This document shows, piece after piece, positions 6,229-8,628 of a DNA stretch of 8,628 nt. The notes beneath the pieces were generated by a model. The model was given only the letters and a program-made list of their open reading frames with translations, did no database searches and was not told where the DNA came from. The stretch comes from Paraspadella gotoi (lineage: Eukaryota > Animalia > Chaetognatha): the NCBI GenBank assembly GCA_051294375.1, contig JBJCIZ010000023.1, forward strand, positions 1 through 8,628, read 5' to 3'. The first letter of the stretch is position 1; each line of letters starts with the position of its first letter. Both the position numbers and the translations under genes were made by a program.

Positions 6229-8348
6229 CTAGTAGGGGAGCCACCCCAGTCGCTCCTTAACGGGCACACGAGGTCGACGGCGACTCTCCTCTTCTGCACG
6301 GCGTCTCGAAAGGCTCTCGCGGAGGTCCTTCATGACCAACTCAACGTTTCGAAGGACGTCGCGGTCGTTGCCGTTCGCGTCTAAAGACGACGGCGCGAGG
6401 CTCGGATTCCCAAATCGTCTCCTGATAAGTGATATGTTTATTTGCATTTTCTCTATAATAAATTGTTCAATCAAAGGTTTTTGTTACCATATCTGAATCT
6501 TCTTCGTCGTCGACGTAGAGCGGTGAGTAGTGGGGCCAGTCTTTGACCGGAGCACTTGCTCTCAGAGAGGTGCTTCCATATGAAGGGCCTCCAGAAGAAG
6601 TCGGTGAGTATCTGTTTACTCTTATGGGACTCACTGCCAGCGGACGAGTAGATGAACGAACAGGACCCACCAGTGAATGCGGAGAAGCTCTCACGCGAAT
6701 TGGACTCACTGCCAGTGGCCGAGCAGATGAACGAACAGGACCCATCAGCGAATGCAGAGAAGAGCTCGCACGAATTGGACTCACTGCCAGTGGCCGAGCG
6801 GACGAGTAGGTGGATTTCCGCGGGTAAAATCCGGCGTCGAAGAGCGCGGGCGCGGAATTCCACGAGCAGGGCCCGGCGCCGACGGGCGTGATAATGGGAT
6901 TCCACGAACTGGGCCCGGCGTTGAGGAGCGCGGGCGCGGAATCCCACGAACGAGACCCGGCGCCGACGGGCGTGATAACGGAATCCCACGAACTGGACCC
7001 GGCGTTGAAGAACGCGGGCACGGAATCCCACGAACGAGACCCAGCGCCGACGTGTGTGATAACGGAATCCCACGAACTGGACCCGGCACCGATGGGCGTG
7101 ATAACGGAATCCCACGAATTGGACCCGGCGCCGATGGGCGTGATAACGGAATCCCACGAATTGGACCCGGCGCCGACGGGCGTGATAACGGAATCCCACG
7201 AATTGGACCCGGTGCCACTGGACCTAAAGTCGGTTCGGTCCCTGGTGGAGCCGGCTCCTCCGTCGTCGAAGAAGGGCCTGGCGTCGATGGGCGTGGAGGC
7301 GTGTCAACTCCAGGAGGGTTTGGCTCCCCCTCATAGAAGGGTGACACCGTCGCCGTCGACCTCTTGCGGGTGGTTTCCACCATCGCCCTTGCGCGCTCGA
7401 GGGTTTCCTCCTGATTTGGATTGTTTATTTAAATAGATAATGCTTCATGTGTTATCACTTTATTTTCTTACCAGTGACATTATCACTTCGTCGGCTCCTG
7501 CCTTGGTGGATACGTTCAAAGACTCTACCCCACGGCGCGAATGAAGATTCTCAGTTATTTGATCCCCGTTTCTTCTTTGATTTATTATTATAGGATTTGA
7601 TACCCTGGGAACAACATGTCGAAAGAATGATATATAAACGTGGTTGAATAGATTAACGAAATGGACGTCAACATTAATAGTGAGATTCAAATAATATATT
7701 TGTAAAGTTCGAATGACCATAACGTTAGGTCGAGGAGAGGGTTCTTTATATTTTCTACTCAGTCTCCTCCATGTTCTCCATTTCGTAGATTTTTGCGAGA
7801 AGGGCCCGATTCCTTTTGTCCTTCTTAATCTTTCGAATTTCCTCTCGTAAGTTCTCTTTCAATCTTCTTTCTTGCTCGCACTGGATATCCTCTCGAAGAC
7901 GAGCGACTTCTTTCTTCCAAGTCTGGAGGCGTTTCCTTGCTTCTCTTTTTTTGCGTTGTTGACGGAGAAATTCGTGTTTCTTCTCTTTATCCCATTTTTC
8001 CTGTAATTCAGCGAAGCATTCCTCGCTGGTCGACTTTGTTAAAATAATTACTTCGTCTTCCTCTGATGACGAAGATGAAGATGGCGGTGCCCATTTTGAG
8101 ACTTCTAGGATTTCAATCACGTCCTCTGGTTTTACTTCCGCAACTGACGCAGGACTTGACAGTGGAGCAGCTTCCGATTCTGGCTGTGACAAAAATATTG
8201 GAGAAGCTGGTGGTGACGATCTTTCTGGTGAAGCAGATGACGAGGATTCTTTTTCAGAGGGGTCTTCGACTTCCCTGTGAGCATGTTGAAACTCGTCAGG
8301 ACTTGACAATTCTTCCTCGATTACGATAGTGTCTATGCAATCCGTCAT
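6229..8348 (-). CDS. Four-exon gene of unknown function: acidic/Ser-rich N-terminus, basic coiled coil, Pro/Arg/Ser repeats
   Basis: Exons 8348-7759, 7604-7472, 7410-6488 and 6421-6341 (or to 6229). Splices preserve frame: ...EETE|VSNPII...ADEVIMSL|EETLERARAMVETT...DDEEDSDM|ETIWESEPRAVV. An in-frame TAA lies just upstream of ATG 8348. One missing base is needed at ~6807-6830. As read, exon 4 stops at 6341; a frame correction near 6384 extends it through DANGNDRDVLRN...PVKERLGWLPY* to 6229. Confidence 0.7.
6422..6487 (-). other. Predicted intron 3 (66 nt, phase 0)
   Basis: ATG|GTAACA ... CTTATCAG|GAG. AT-rich island containing the in-frame TGA at 6469-6467. Confidence 0.7.
6619..6806 (-). repeat. 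Coding tandem repeat, ~2.5 x 75 bp (25 aa, SSARPLAVSPIR...HSL[MV]GPVR)
   Basis: ggactcactgccag occurs at 6627, 6702 and 6777, a period of 75. Confidence 0.92.
6835..7212 (-). repeat. Coding tandem repeat, 9 x 42 bp (14 aa, PGP[IV]RGIPLSRPSA / PGLVRGIPRPRSST)
   Basis: Nine 42-bp units plus a degenerate tenth (PDFTRGNP). The last six units alternate between two variants. Confidence 0.95.
7411..7471 (-). other. Predicted intron 2 (61 nt, phase 0)
   Basis: CTG|GTAAGA ... AAATCAG|GAG. AT-rich island between GC-richer exons with an in-frame join. Confidence 0.75.
7605..7758 (-). other. Predicted intron 1 (154 nt, phase 2)
   Basis: GA|GTAGAA ... TTGTTCCCAG|G. AT-rich, removes the TAG at 7755-7757 and joins in frame. 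The donor is weak. Confidence 0.55.
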
Positions 8349-8628
8349 GACTGAGCGTTAAACAAGTGGCTCTGAGTAAAGAAAAGGAGTAACGGTAATG
8401 TTTGATACATATCATAAAGACTTTAGTATTGACAGACTAGTGCAATTTTATTCAAATAATTATTCGAATTTCGATGTAAACATCATTCGAAAGTTTGATG
8501 CATTTTGCGCACTTTTTATTAAACAACGGAACAATTGAATATGAGTCCGAATGATGAAATAATACTAACTAACTTAATAAGTTACAGTCTTGCTGATAAT
8601 AACTCGTTATTTGAATTCGCTTGAGTGA

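Noticed and set aside
6471-7436. Alternative-frame and plus-strand ORFs over the repeats (6471..7199, 6752..7336, 6888..7436, 6543..6809, 6652..6891)
   Set aside because: These are stop-free by-products of in-phase GC-rich repeats. Silent changes favour only the PGP.RGIP and RPLAVSPIR frames.

Overview
Eukaryotic, probably metazoan, DNA (inferred from a BEL/Pao-type gag and short AT-rich GT-AG introns). All credible coding is on the minus strand. (1) 4503->1960 is one BEL/Pao retrotransposon gag that the ORF track splits into pieces. Restoring about 9 single-base deletions, mostly in homopolymer runs, gives about 850 aa with a DUF1759-like capsid region and three zinc knuckles ending HHPLLHL*. 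It stops there with no protease or pol, and a polypurine tract and a TGT...ACA LTR-like segment (1718->~1391) follow. No matching 5' LTR is in the window. (2) 8348->6229 is an unrecognised 4-exon gene (about 575-612 aa) with three SUMO-interacting-motif-like stretches, a basic coiled coil, 14-aa and 25-aa Pro/Arg/Ser repeats whose variation is largely synonymous, and possibly a terminal VKERLG motif. (3) 5955->5381 holds a chain of small candidate exons pointing into the gag leader. (4) 1-1390 is non-coding, strand-skewed and rich in hairpins. The consistent -1 indels suggest unpolished long-read sequence. All domain and family calls come from motif recognition by eye, not database searches.
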